A stretch of 64,000 bases of DNA. Source: Octopus vulgaris. Its lineage: Eukaryota. Below are positions 52,960-64,000 of this stretch, one piece after another. Under the pieces are notes generated by a model. It had not been told where the DNA came from and searched no databases. It saw only the letters and a program-made list of their open reading frames with translations. Numbering within the stretch: the first letter of the stretch is position 1; every line of letters starts with the position of its first letter. The stretch spans positions 63,054,001 through 63,118,000 of the forward strand of contig OX597817.1 of assembly GCA_951406725.2 (NCBI GenBank). The letters run 5' to 3'. The translations under genes were made by a program, and so were the position numbers.

Positions 52960-53990
52960 TAGCGAGTTGGGGAAGAGCTGATCTTCTTTGTGCCTCTTGT
53001 TGCAATGTGAGTTCATCCAGTATTTCAGAAAAAAATTTGTCCGGACGCTCTTTGGAGACCTCCATATCTACAACTCGCAAATCTCTAACGTTGTTTAGCA
53101 GAATGTTGAAGAGTTGTGGACCTTTGAACCCAAGCTGTTACAGTATTAGATACTTATTCGAGATGGAGAAAACGGGATCTTTGGTACTATGCAGTACTGT
53201 CCAGTTCGATGTTTAATATAGCTTTCAATTCCAAAGTTTGGACCCTTCCACGTGTATATCTTCTGCATATCTTTCACGCCTTCTCTCAAAGGAGAAGAGC
53301 TTCAGTTCTTTTAACCTCTCCCAGTAGATCATCTGTTTTACTGAGTCAATCTTCTTTCTGCAGTGACGACGCTGGATTGCCTCAAGCTCCTCCACCAATT
53401 TCTTTCTCTGCAGTGCCCACAGTTAGGATCAGTAATCCAGACGACTGAGAAGATAAGTTCTCTATGAGAATAGCATGGTATCCTTTTTCTTAGCATCTGT
53501 TCGCCTGTACAGTATTGCCATCTTGTTAATATGCACGTGGAATGTTGCCTCATTACTAATTGCAGGCTTGCAGCTCACGTAACGACTCTGCGATTGCACT
53601 TGCGCTTGGTCCTGTGTACTCCGATTGTAATCTGTTTGTGGTCCGATAGTCTGTTTGTGGCCTTGAAATTTCTCAGCATTGAACTGCATGTTATCTTCAT
53701 CAGCACATTAGTATATTGCATGCAGGTCGTTTTGCAGTTTTAATATATCATCAGGGTCCTTGCCCGACATTATTACATTTGTGTCATCAGCATAGCTGGT
53801 GAGAGTGATTGATTGTATCTGAGGACATGTCAGAGAGCACTACAACAAACAGTAGTGGACCCAATACAGTTATTTCAAAGAATCAGCTACGTATCGTTGT
53901 CTCATCAGAGAGAATGTCTGACTTCTGCCTTTTAAAATGTCATGTAGTCACTCTCCCAATTTTCCAACAACGCCAAGGTCACACAATTTA
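52960..53990 (-). mobile_element. CR1-type LINE RT and C-terminal fragment
   Basis: TVLGPLLF, TLTSYADDT, MQFNAEKFQ, GPQLFNIL on the minus strand; frameshifted. Confidence 0.8.
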
Positions 53991-54052
53991 TGGCATATCA
54001 TCCCATCATCAACATCATATTCATGCGTACACATAACATGCTTATACATACA

Positions 54053-54478
<426 letters not shown>

Positions 54479-55109
54479 ATATATATATATATATCAGAAA
54501 CAGCATCAGCGTCACTCGGGCACATCATAAATTTCGCGTGAAACACGCCTGCTCGAAGAGTTTCCCGTTTTTCCTCTTTATTTCTAGCCCCAAAATGCTT
54601 ATATTTTATATCTAGTACTATGTCTTTCTCTATTTCTAAGTTAAAGGGTGAAAATAAAGCAACCCTCCAAAATGCAACTGTTCTTTACTCACAGACGCAC
54701 AGAATAACAGCAGTGAAATAACGACAGAGGAGTCACAACAAACATCAACGATCTGACTGTTGCCTGTACACTTGACAAGAGATGCCAGTTAATCTTTTAC
54801 GCCTAGCAGGCTCGTTCGTATTAGACAGAGTTGCTGGATAATTGTTCGTTCCTTTAAGAATATTGTAGAACGGAAACTTTTCATAGATTGGAATTTAAAT
54901 CCTAATCTCTGTAGAAATTTATTGTTTCAAAAAAAAAAACACTGAATTTTAATTACTTTTAATTCATACGATTATAGATAACAACTCGAGCTGTAACTTA
55001 TCGGCTGCAATTATATACTTGAAGTCAGTGTTTACAGAAATTAAATTAGCTTGCAAATACGCGTTCACTTTACAAAGCCCGAGTGTCGGAGTCGCCATTA
55101 ATACAGATA

Positions 55110-55330
55110 TATATTATATAAAATCCGTTCTGTCTGTGTGTCTTCTAGGATCTCGGGCATCCTCCATTCGACTGCGCTCAAATTCGATATGTATATACCG
55201 ACGGTATCAGGGCATGTATAAGTCTTGAAAAAATTACAAAAATCGATTCCAGGTGAGAATGCGATCGATAAAGCCGTGAGATCGTGCATTTGTACGCACA
55301 AGTACATCAGCTGCTGCGATGTACTTACTG
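55110..55330 (+). mobile_element. Possible Helitron 5' end
   Basis: tatattatataaaatccgttctgtctgtgtg resembles the starts at 36105 and 36921. Confidence 0.4.
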
Positions 55331-55893
55331 GTACTTTAAACTCTTGGGTTGCTTATTTGTGTGAATAAAATCGTTTTTCTTTGGAATAGAAAAAAGTCTA
55401 TCTTTATTTCTTCTTTGCTGGTGTCTCAAATTTAGGTTAAATCAGTGTTTCTTAAAGGGAAGGCCTATGGGACGGTCGGACAAGTTGTTTTGAGAAAATT
55501 TGGTTTAAATGTTTGACAACTCAGCACCGTCCATTGGACGGGGGGCGTTTTGCTCGTGTATATATATATATAATTTAACAAAAACACAACAAACGGAAAT
55601 ATTGCAAAAACCTAACAAACAGAAAATTCGTACCTTAGTCAACGTCCAAAAGATCCTTACAATTTCGCGCCTTTAACGTTGATATAGTTCACTTTTGGTG
55701 GAGCCAGTGGCAAAAAGCTACTAGGAAAAAGCTACTAGGAAATAGCTAACGAATGTATAGGACAATGACGAAAACAAACACGACAAAATAAACATACATA
55801 TACAACAAAAAAACGCCGTGCAGCCGCAAGACAGGCTGACATGGGGTAACGCAAAGAAAAATGAAAATGTCATACACGCACACACATACACAA

Positions 55894-56118
55894 AGGAGGA
55901 GGAGAAGAAGAAGAAGAAGAAGAAGAAGAAGAAGAAGAAGAAGAAGAAGAAGAGGAGGAGGAGGAGGAGGAGGAGGAGGAAGAAGAAGAAGAAGAAGAAG
56001 AAGAAGAAGAAGAAGAAGAAGAAGAAGAAGAAGAAGAAGAAGAAGAAGAAGAAGAAGAAGAAGAAGAAGATGATGGTGGTGGTGGTGGTGGTGATGATGG
56101 TGATGATGATGATGATGA
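55894..56118. repeat. (GAA)n/(GGA)n/(GGT)n/(GAT)n repeat
   Basis: Seen directly. Confidence 0.95.
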
Positions 56119-56949
56119 GCGGAATCTGAAATCAGAAGATAAAAAGCCGGAAGAAATGATATTGAGAATTTCAGGCGACGCAGTAACGAATCTGCCACCG
56201 ATGATGATCATCATCATCCTCATCATCAGTTGTTGATGGTGGTGGTGGTGGTGGTGGTGATGGTGGTGACAAAATTTTGATACAATGGACAAAATTGAAA
56301 ATGATGGAATGAAAAAAGCGAGAAATAATGGCATAAAATCAGAAATAAAACACATTTTGAAATTTCAAAATCAATCATATCACAATGTTAACTTAATTGT
56401 AAGAAGAAACCCCTCTGGTTTCTTCCACCGTTACTTGCCTAGTTTCATTGCAGTTTATTTTAATCAAAAATTTAATTGGCACGTATGAGTAGGTGTCTGC
56501 CATCACAAAATATAGATTTAATATTCATACATGCACAAAGACGATGAATATGGAGAATCGTTAGAGAGACGGACAAAATACTCCGCCGTGTTAAGTTACG
56601 GCGGTCCTTTACGTTCTGAGTTCAAATCCTACCGAGAACCTTCTGTGATCAATATAGCATAATACCAGAAGATATATTTAATTGACTGTCCGGCTTCTCA
56701 TACTCTCACTCAAAATTTTGGTGGTGTGAGAAATCAGTTTTTATCCATAAATATAAGTAAGAATGCTTCTTCATTGATTCCAAAGCATTGACTATCGTTA
56801 GAAGGACAGTTTTAGTATCAAAACTTTCACTTTGAGACTTGTAACTACTAAACACCTCAGGAATGATGTGGGGCATATGGAAAGGTTTCTTATCAAGATA
56901 GTAAATGATGCATGTATGTATATATATATGTATATATATACACACACAC

Positions 56950-57106
56950 AGGAGTGGCTGTGTAGTAAGTAGCTTGCTTACCAACCACATTGTTCTGGGT
57001 TCAGTCCCACTGCGTAGTACCTTGGGCAAGTGTCTTCTACTATAGCCTCGGGTCAACCAAAGACTTGTGAGTGGATTTGGTAGACGGAAACTGAAAGAAG
57101 CCCGTC

Positions 57107-57110
<4 letters not shown>
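56950..57110 (+). mobile_element. Family A SINE 5' half
   Basis: ggagtggctgtgtagtaag..gaagcccgtcgtat. Confidence 0.85.
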
Positions 57111-57179
<69 letters not shown>

Positions 57180-57214
57180 TGTGTGTGTCTGTGTGTGTCT
57201 GTGTGTCTGTGTGT

Positions 57215-57665
57215 GCTGAAGGCGTAACTAGACAAGGCAACTCGTGCCAATCTTTTCAACAACAGTCTTGCCTACAATGATTTACGCATGTGAGACTTGG
57301 GCCTTGAGGAAGAGCCTATAGCGCTGAGAGCCATGGAAAGTTCGATGCTGAGAATCTCGCTAAGAGATCACATCTAGAACGAGGAGGTCTGGGATAGAAC
57401 TGGACTGAAGGACGTCGTCGCAGAATACCACCACACAAAGCTGCGATGGGCCTGTCATGTCGCAAGGTTAACAGATGATCGGTGGATCCGTGCACTTGTC
57501 GAGTGGTACCTGCGCAAGCGGAAGAGACCACTCGGAAGACCTCCAATCAGGTGGGAAGATGGTTTGCAACGTGGAGGAGAAAGGCGAGAGCACGAGGGGA
57601 ATGAAGCAAATGCTGTGGCCAGTGGAGCTGACACAGTACCAGACAGCCTGGCCGATCCAGGTGAT
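57215..57665 (+). mobile_element. RTE-clade LINE 3' fragment
   Basis: VLPTMIYACETWAL, RAMESSMLRISLRDHI, LRWACHVARLTDDRW..RKRPLGRPPIRWED. Confidence 0.85.
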
Positions 57666-57668
57666 AAG

Positions 57669-57950
57669 GCGCAGGTGTGGCTGCGGAGTAAGAAACTTAT
57701 TTCCCAACCACATGGTTCCGAGTTCAGTCTCATTGAGTGGCACCTTGACTTTTCTACATTACCTTCGGGCCGACCGAAGCCTTGTGTGCGAATGTGGTTG
57801 ACGGAAACTGAAGGAAACCCGTCGTATAATATATGTGTGTCTGTGTGTGTATCCTACCACTGCTTGACAACCAGTGTTAGTATGTTTACGTTCCCATAAC
57901 TTAGTGGCTCGGCAAAAGAGACCAATAGAATAAGTACCTACCTTAAAAAA
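57669..57950 (+). mobile_element. Family A SINE
   Basis: Head and body match. Confidence 0.8.
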
Positions 57951-58059
57951 GTACTGAAACAGATACGAGATATACACGCGTATTGTACACACACACACAC
58001 TCACACATACATACATACATACACACATACCTACATACATACATACATACATACATACA

Positions 58060-58095
<36 letters not shown>

Positions 58096-58129
58096 TATGT
58101 GTATATATATTTATATGTATATACATATA

Positions 58130-58335
58130 AAGTTAATCCAAACATGAAAACACAAAGAGAAAACACAACAACGCGAGGACGTGGAACAAATATAGTATTA
58201 TTGGACGCTCAGGAAGGAAGGGAAGAAGGAGGATTTTACGTTTCGAGCGGAGCTCTTCGTCAGAAACATAGGAAAAGGAAAGATCCAGAGAAGGGAAGAT
58301 GGAGGGAAAAAATCGCCAACAGTACACACACGGTC
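58130..58335 (-). mobile_element. PLE pLTR-like fragment with canonical-core minimal HHR (58234-58267)
   Basis: Minus strand tttCTGACGA-A-GAGCtccGCTC-GAAA-CG-TA-aaa followed by cctgagcgtcc tail. Confidence 0.7.
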
Positions 58336-58750
58336 ACATACATATACATATACATATGTATATATATATGTACACACGCGGTCATATACATATACATGGT
58401 ACATGATATACAGTGGCGACCAAAATGTTCAGAACGGCATTGTTTTCGTCAGAAAAGTAGATATAATTTTTTTAAAGTTGTTTTATATTCTATAATTTTC
58501 ACAGACAATAAATACGACATTATTTGTTATTGCCTGAGATTTTGGTGTAATTTGAGATGATAATACAAAAGTTATGGATGATTTAGTGATTTACTGCAAA
58601 ACCCATGACGGCCAAAATGATCAGAACGGTTGCTTTTACTCCGTGTTTTAGTATATTTAACCGGCGAACTCTAATGTTTTGAATTTGTTTACGTGACGGT
58701 TTGTTTACTAACCATTAGTAAGAATATTTGCAGTGTACTTTGTTAATATA

Positions 58751-59350
58751 ATGCCACTTACTCCGTTACCAATTCGTCAGCAGATTATTAAGCTTCGAAG
58801 GAAGGATAATTTAAGTATTGGATCTATTGCAAAGATTGTTAACAAGTCAAAAAGTGTTGTACACGGTATTCTTAAGGTCTACGATGATTGTGGTTCGTGT
58901 GAAGCAAGAAAGTTTGCAGGTAGGCCAAGAAAAACGACCAAGAGAGAAGATCGTGCTATGGTAAAGTTGGTTAAAAAGGACAGATTTAAAACTGCTGCTG
59001 CTGTTTCTCGGAAAATGAGCATTGTATTGAAGAAAACTTTATCTCGAAAAACTGTGTCTCGTCGTTTAGTTGAACATGACCTACAAGTAAGAGCACCCCC
59101 TGCAGTGAAGCCACTGATCAGCTCCAAGAATAAAAAGTGTCATCTTACCTTTGCAACCAAACATGTGTTGTGGTCTCAAGAAAAATGGCAAACGGTGCAT
59201 TTCAATGATGAATCTAAGTTTATGTTATTTGGCTCAGATTGGAAAAGGTACGTTCGTAGAAAAGTAAGTGAAAAATTGTCGCCTAGATGCCTTAAGACTA
59301 GTGTTAAATTCGGTGGAGGAAGTGTCATGGTTTGGGGGATGATATCTGGA
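58751..59350 (+). pseudogene. Tc1 transposase N-terminal part
   Basis: GRPRKTT, FNDESKF, VKFGGGSVMVWG. Confidence 0.9.
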
Positions 59351-59388
59351 ATCGAGGAACCACCTCAGATACACATGCATCTAGCGAA

Positions 59389-59419
<31 letters not shown>

Positions 59420-59716
59420 ATATATATATATCATGTTATGGCGCGGTCACTGATGAAAAATTTCGTCTAACAAATTATCTTATTTGCTAAAAAAATTTAG
59501 AAACCTAGGTCCGACCGGAATAAAATAAGGTAAAAGTTTTTATTTTTTGTTTCTTTTAAAGATTGCTCTTAAAATGTGGTTTTGGTCGTTTTAACTACTT
59601 CTTCTAGCGTGTAAAAACTGCCTGTTGAAGGCAGTTTTCTCTTGTGTTATATTAAATATATATATATTAAATATATATACACTACCTTATATTAAATATA
59701 TATATATATATATATA

Positions 59717-59767
<51 letters not shown>

Positions 59768-60769
59768 GCTGTATGTGTAAGTGTACAAGTGTGTGTGTGT
59801 TAATCATCCGCTACTGAAACAGAAACCGAAAGACAGAGACAGAGAAATGCTGTTAGTGAAAATAGACAAGCAGTTGGAGATAAAATACAAAAACAAAAAA
59901 AAAAGAGGCCGTTCGTGTAGCGAACATTTGTACGCAACTATAATTTAGCGTCGATAACGTCGCTTCATAATGTTTTGTATCAGGATGTCAAAACCTCAAT
60001 AAAAAGCTGCAACGAAAGTGTACAAAAAATACTAACCAATAAAATTAAAACAGTTGAGGAATAAAAAGAACAGCATAAAAATTAAATACATAAATAATTA
60101 AATGGCAGTGCAAAAGAAGCGCGCGAAGTAAAAGGAAAATATAAATGAACGGTAAACAAATGTCAAGAGTAATTCGTGTGTGTGTTGTGTGTGTGTGTGT
60201 GTGTGTGTGCGTGCGTGCATCTGAGAGACAGAGAAAGAGAGAGACAGACAGACAGACAGAGATAGAGAGATGTGAGGTGTGTGCGTGTAAGTTGGTGAGT
60301 GTATGGCCGTATAAGTGCTATTGTCTTAAATCTTCCTCTACCCTCTCTCTGTATATATATATATATTACGGAGATGTACTTGCATAGCAAGTGACTTAAT
60401 CTGAGATCGTGTGCTGAAACATAAACTATTGCAGCGTGGAAGGTGTTTATAAGTCATTTAAAAACACATTATAAACACCTTCCACGCTGCAATCGTTATA
60501 TATATGTAAATTCCACAATATTTTAAAATTTGTTCTGTCTCCTATTGCAATATCATGCACATTACACACATACACGCACGCACGCATGCACACACATGTA
60601 TAAAATGTCTGTTTAGGTCCCACTTTCCTATAAACTTTGCATCAGCATTATCCTTATACGAACTCAACTATTTGTCTGTCTGCCTGTATGCCTTCTGTCT
60701 CTCTCTCACTCTCTTTCCCTTTCTCTCCCCCCCTCTCTCTCTCTCTCCAGACACATATACACACTGTAT

Positions 60770-61006
60770 TTACCTATTTCTTTACTACCCACAAGGGGCT
60801 AAATATAGAGAGGACAAACAAGGACAGACAAACGGATTAAGTCGATTATATCGACTCCAGTGCGTAACTGGTACTTAATTTATCGACCCCGAAAGGATGA
60901 AAGGCAAAGTCGACCTCGGCGGAATTTGAACTCAGAACGTAATGACAGACGAAATACCACTAAGCATTTCGCCCAGCGTGCTAACGTTTCTACCAGCTCG
61001 CCACCT
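60770..61006 (-). mobile_element. Family B SINE inside the Tc1 interruption
   Basis: Reverse-complement copy. Confidence 0.85.
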
Positions 61007-61303
61007 TATTTACCGGCGTGTAAAGTCTCACCGTATTTTCCAAGGTTATTTTGTGGACAAAATGTTTTATCATACACTCATTGAAAGATATTTTTTAATG
61101 ATTTTGTTGGAGAAATTTATAATTCTTTGCATGTAATACAATATTATGATACAGTACAGTGCTTCTATATGTGTATGTATATACGTGTATATATATGGAT
61201 ATATACAATTATGTGTGTGCATGTATATATCCGCGCAGGTTTCTATCTGTAACTGAGCGTGGATGTAAGTATAAATGTATGCATGTATGAGTGTGTGTGT
61301 GTG

Positions 61304-61360
<57 letters not shown>

Positions 61361-61495
61361 TAAATAAGGTTATGCACATGTAAAAATAATACCAATAATA
61401 AAATAATAAATAGGTAAATAACACATATAAAATAGAGAAAATAAGTAAACTGAAGAAACAAGATTTAACACACACACACACGCGTACATACATAC

Positions 61496-61544
<49 letters not shown>

Positions 61545-61819
61545 TAATATATAATTATATAAATATAATTATATTATTAAAGGGTGCGGATAAATCCCAC
61601 AAATACGTTAGAAATAGGCGCCAAATGGCTCCAAAAACCTCATCAACACTCCGTTTGCACGGGTTGTAAACGAGCAGACGAATAAATAAATAAGATTTTT
61701 TGAAAAAAAAGATTAATTATAGATCGATTTCTGGCTTAGAAATGTAAAACATTCTGCTTGTCATCAGCATAATACACCCATAGCGGTTCGGCAAAAGAGA
61801 TTGATAGAATAAGTACTAG

Positions 61820-62086
61820 GTGGTCATGAACTTCCTCAGGGCTGAAAAGGTTATTGTTATGGATTGGCCTGCTCAAAGCCCAGATCTCAATCCTATTGAA
61901 AATGTATGGAATATTCTAGGAGAACATTCGAAAGCCAGAAATCCTAAAACAACTGAGCAATTATGGAATGCCCTTCAGGAAGAATGGAATAAGATCACCC
62001 AGCATGAAATTGAAAATTTAATTTCCTCATGCAGTCGAAGATGTCAGAATGTGATTGAAGCTAAAGGGTTTCACACTAAATATTAA
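61820..62086 (+). pseudogene. Tc1 transposase C-terminal part
   Basis: WPAQSPDLNPIENVW..SCSRRC..VIEAKGFHTKY*. Confidence 0.9.
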
Positions 62087-62662
62087 ATAATTCCAGTATT
62101 CTCTGTCATTTTTGATTATTTTTTTATTTTTTCAACCGTTCTGATCATTTTGGCCGCCATGGGTTTTGCAGTAAATCACTAAATCATCCATAACTTTTTG
62201 TATTATCCTCTCAAATTACACCAAAATCTCAGACAATAACAATTAATATTGTATTTATTGTCTGTAAAAATATAAAACTACTTTGATAAAAACTTATACT
62301 TACTTTTCTGACGAAAACAATGCCATTCTGAACATTTTGGCCGCAACTGTATATGATATAATTACATTGCGTACGGCATACAGCAAAAAATATTTTCTAA
62401 TTACGAAAATATTTAATTTGATTTGAATGAATGATACACCAATTTCTATATTTAAAAATGATAATAATCTCTACTTTTTATGACACCGATATACTAATAT
62501 ATATAGGAATAGGGGGATATAGTAACACACATTGTTGACAACAACCGTCTGAATTACCAGATACCAACCTCTTGCCCCAGAGGCGGTCTCATCTCTCGTG
62601 GATAAAAATGTTTGTCGTCTTACTGGCGACATAAATTGTTGCTAGTGGTTTCAAAATGATAA

Positions 62663-63060
62663 CTTTTTCTACTCTAGGCACAAGGCCCGAAATTTTGGAG
62701 AAGTGGGCCAGTCGATTAGATCGACTTCAGTACGCAACTGGTACTTAATTTATCGACCCTGAAAAGATGAAAGACAAAGTCGACTTCGGCGGAATTTGAA
62801 ATCAGAACGTAAAGACAGAAGAAATACCTATTTCTTTACTATCCACAAGGGGCTAAACACAGAGAGGACAAACAAGGACAGACAAATAGATTAAGTCGAT
62901 TATATCGACTCCAGTGCGTAACTGGTACTTAGTTTATCGACCCCGAAAGGATGAAAGGCAAAGTCGACCTCGGCGGAATTTGAACTCAGATGGTAACAGC
63001 AGACGAAATATGGCTACGCATTTCGCCCGGCGTGCTAACGTTTCTGCCAGCTCACCGCCT
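62663..63060 (-). mobile_element. Family B SINE dimer with 17-bp TSD
   Basis: tggtttcaaaatgataa at 62646-62662 and 63061-63077. Confidence 0.9.
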
Positions 63061-63609
63061 TGGTTTCAAAATGATAATAAAATGTTTCGATAATTTATAC
63101 TGTCATATTACAAATACCTAAACTCTGCCAAGCACAGAGATACAAACTCACATACATTCACATATACAACAGGTTGTTTATTTCTGTTTCCGTCGGTCAA
63201 ATCTAGCCACAAGACTTTGGTCGGCATGTGGCTATTGAAGGCATTCGCTCGACGTGTCACGCAATGGGACTGAACCTGGAACGATGTGGTTAGAACTTCT
63301 TACCACCAAGCAATATAGAAAAAATACCAGGTTGACTCTGTTCTGCATTATCTAATGTTTCGTGGCCACTGAATGCGACCACATCCTGAGCTGTGTGCTC
63401 TATGCCTACAGTATTTTAAGTAATGTGCTGTATAGCCTTCCAACTTCAGTTAAAAGAGATGAGTGCTACTTACTTTCATTGTTCACCTACTCGTGTGTAC
63501 AAACACAGGCACATTTATATTAGCAGGATACTCTGCGTTGTTTGGGAGCATATAATGCAGTTAGTGATCTATTTCTTGGTCTCAAGCCCAATACACCTAC
63601 CTCTTACGT

Positions 63610-63960
63610 TATTATGGCTGCCCCCTCGTTATCAAGTATGGCCATTGAACGAAGCTTAACTGTTACTGGTGCTGTGATCGAATGTGACTTTTTAGCCCAG
63701 CTAAAGATCTACTATGTCTTGTACAGAATTGGCAACTAAAACCTTTACCGGTAATAGCCGGCTGTAGTTGTAACTGGGCTTCATGTACCTTTGCATGTCG
63801 TTTAAGTCCTCCTGCCGAATTACACTCTCTTCCACATGCCCGACAGATATGATTAGTATGGTGTGTTACACCACCACCAGTGGCCAGGTTGTCACTCATC
63901 TGTCTCGCTTTATGACTACAAAGATGACTCTTGAGTCCAGCTTTACTGAGGCAGGGTCTT
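63610..63960 (-). mobile_element. 3' end of an RTE/BovB-type LINE with tandem C2H2-like zinc fingers
   Basis: C..C.R.C.S.AGL..H repeats, stop at 63663, short 3' UTR ending gataacgagggggcagccataat; truncated at (TACA)n. Confidence 0.65.
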
Positions 63961-64000
63961 ATGTACATACATACATACATACATACATACATACATACAT

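Larger units (their letters stand above)
58411..62349 (+). mobile_element. Tc1 (DD34E-type) transposon with long IR/DR TIRs, interrupted
   Basis: ~220-bp TIRs 58411-58630 / 62136-62349, TA on both sides, internal direct repeat ccaaaatg(t/a)tcagaacgg. Confidence 0.92.

Noticed and set aside
55746-56355. Poly-Lys/Arg/Leu/Ser ORFs
   Set aside because: (GAA)n/(GGA)n microsatellite translations
62305-62320. CTGACGA..AAAC in the Tc1 TIR as a hammerhead core
   Set aside because: No stem II or stem III can form

Overview
AT-rich, microsatellite-dense, repeat-dominated eukaryotic DNA. The SINE families and (TA)n/(CA)n/(TACA)n load point to an octopus-type cephalopod genome; this is an inference from remembered SINE sequences, not a database search. 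I can support no intact host protein-coding gene, and nearly all ORFs in the track are simple-repeat artefacts or decayed transposon fragments. Recognisable content: a decayed Penelope-like retroelement (RT + GIY-YIG), LINE fragments (R4/Dong, CR1/Jockey-type, RTE), DNA transposon remnants (hAT Charlie/SPIN-type, Tc1, maT/DD37D, rosa/DD41D-like, Tigger-like MITE, MULE-like, Helitrons) and many tRNA-derived SINEs. The most notable signal is RNA-level: about ten hammerhead-ribozyme (HHR) or HHR-like motifs, all folded by eye. The best example is a near-identical ~560-bp head-to-tail array of 2.9 units (29325-30940) with one type-I HHR per unit and a palindromic stem III. It sits in (TA)n, is bracketed by ~200-bp inverted repeats, and is a candidate retrozyme / circular-RNA retroelement possibly mobilised by Penelope-like elements.
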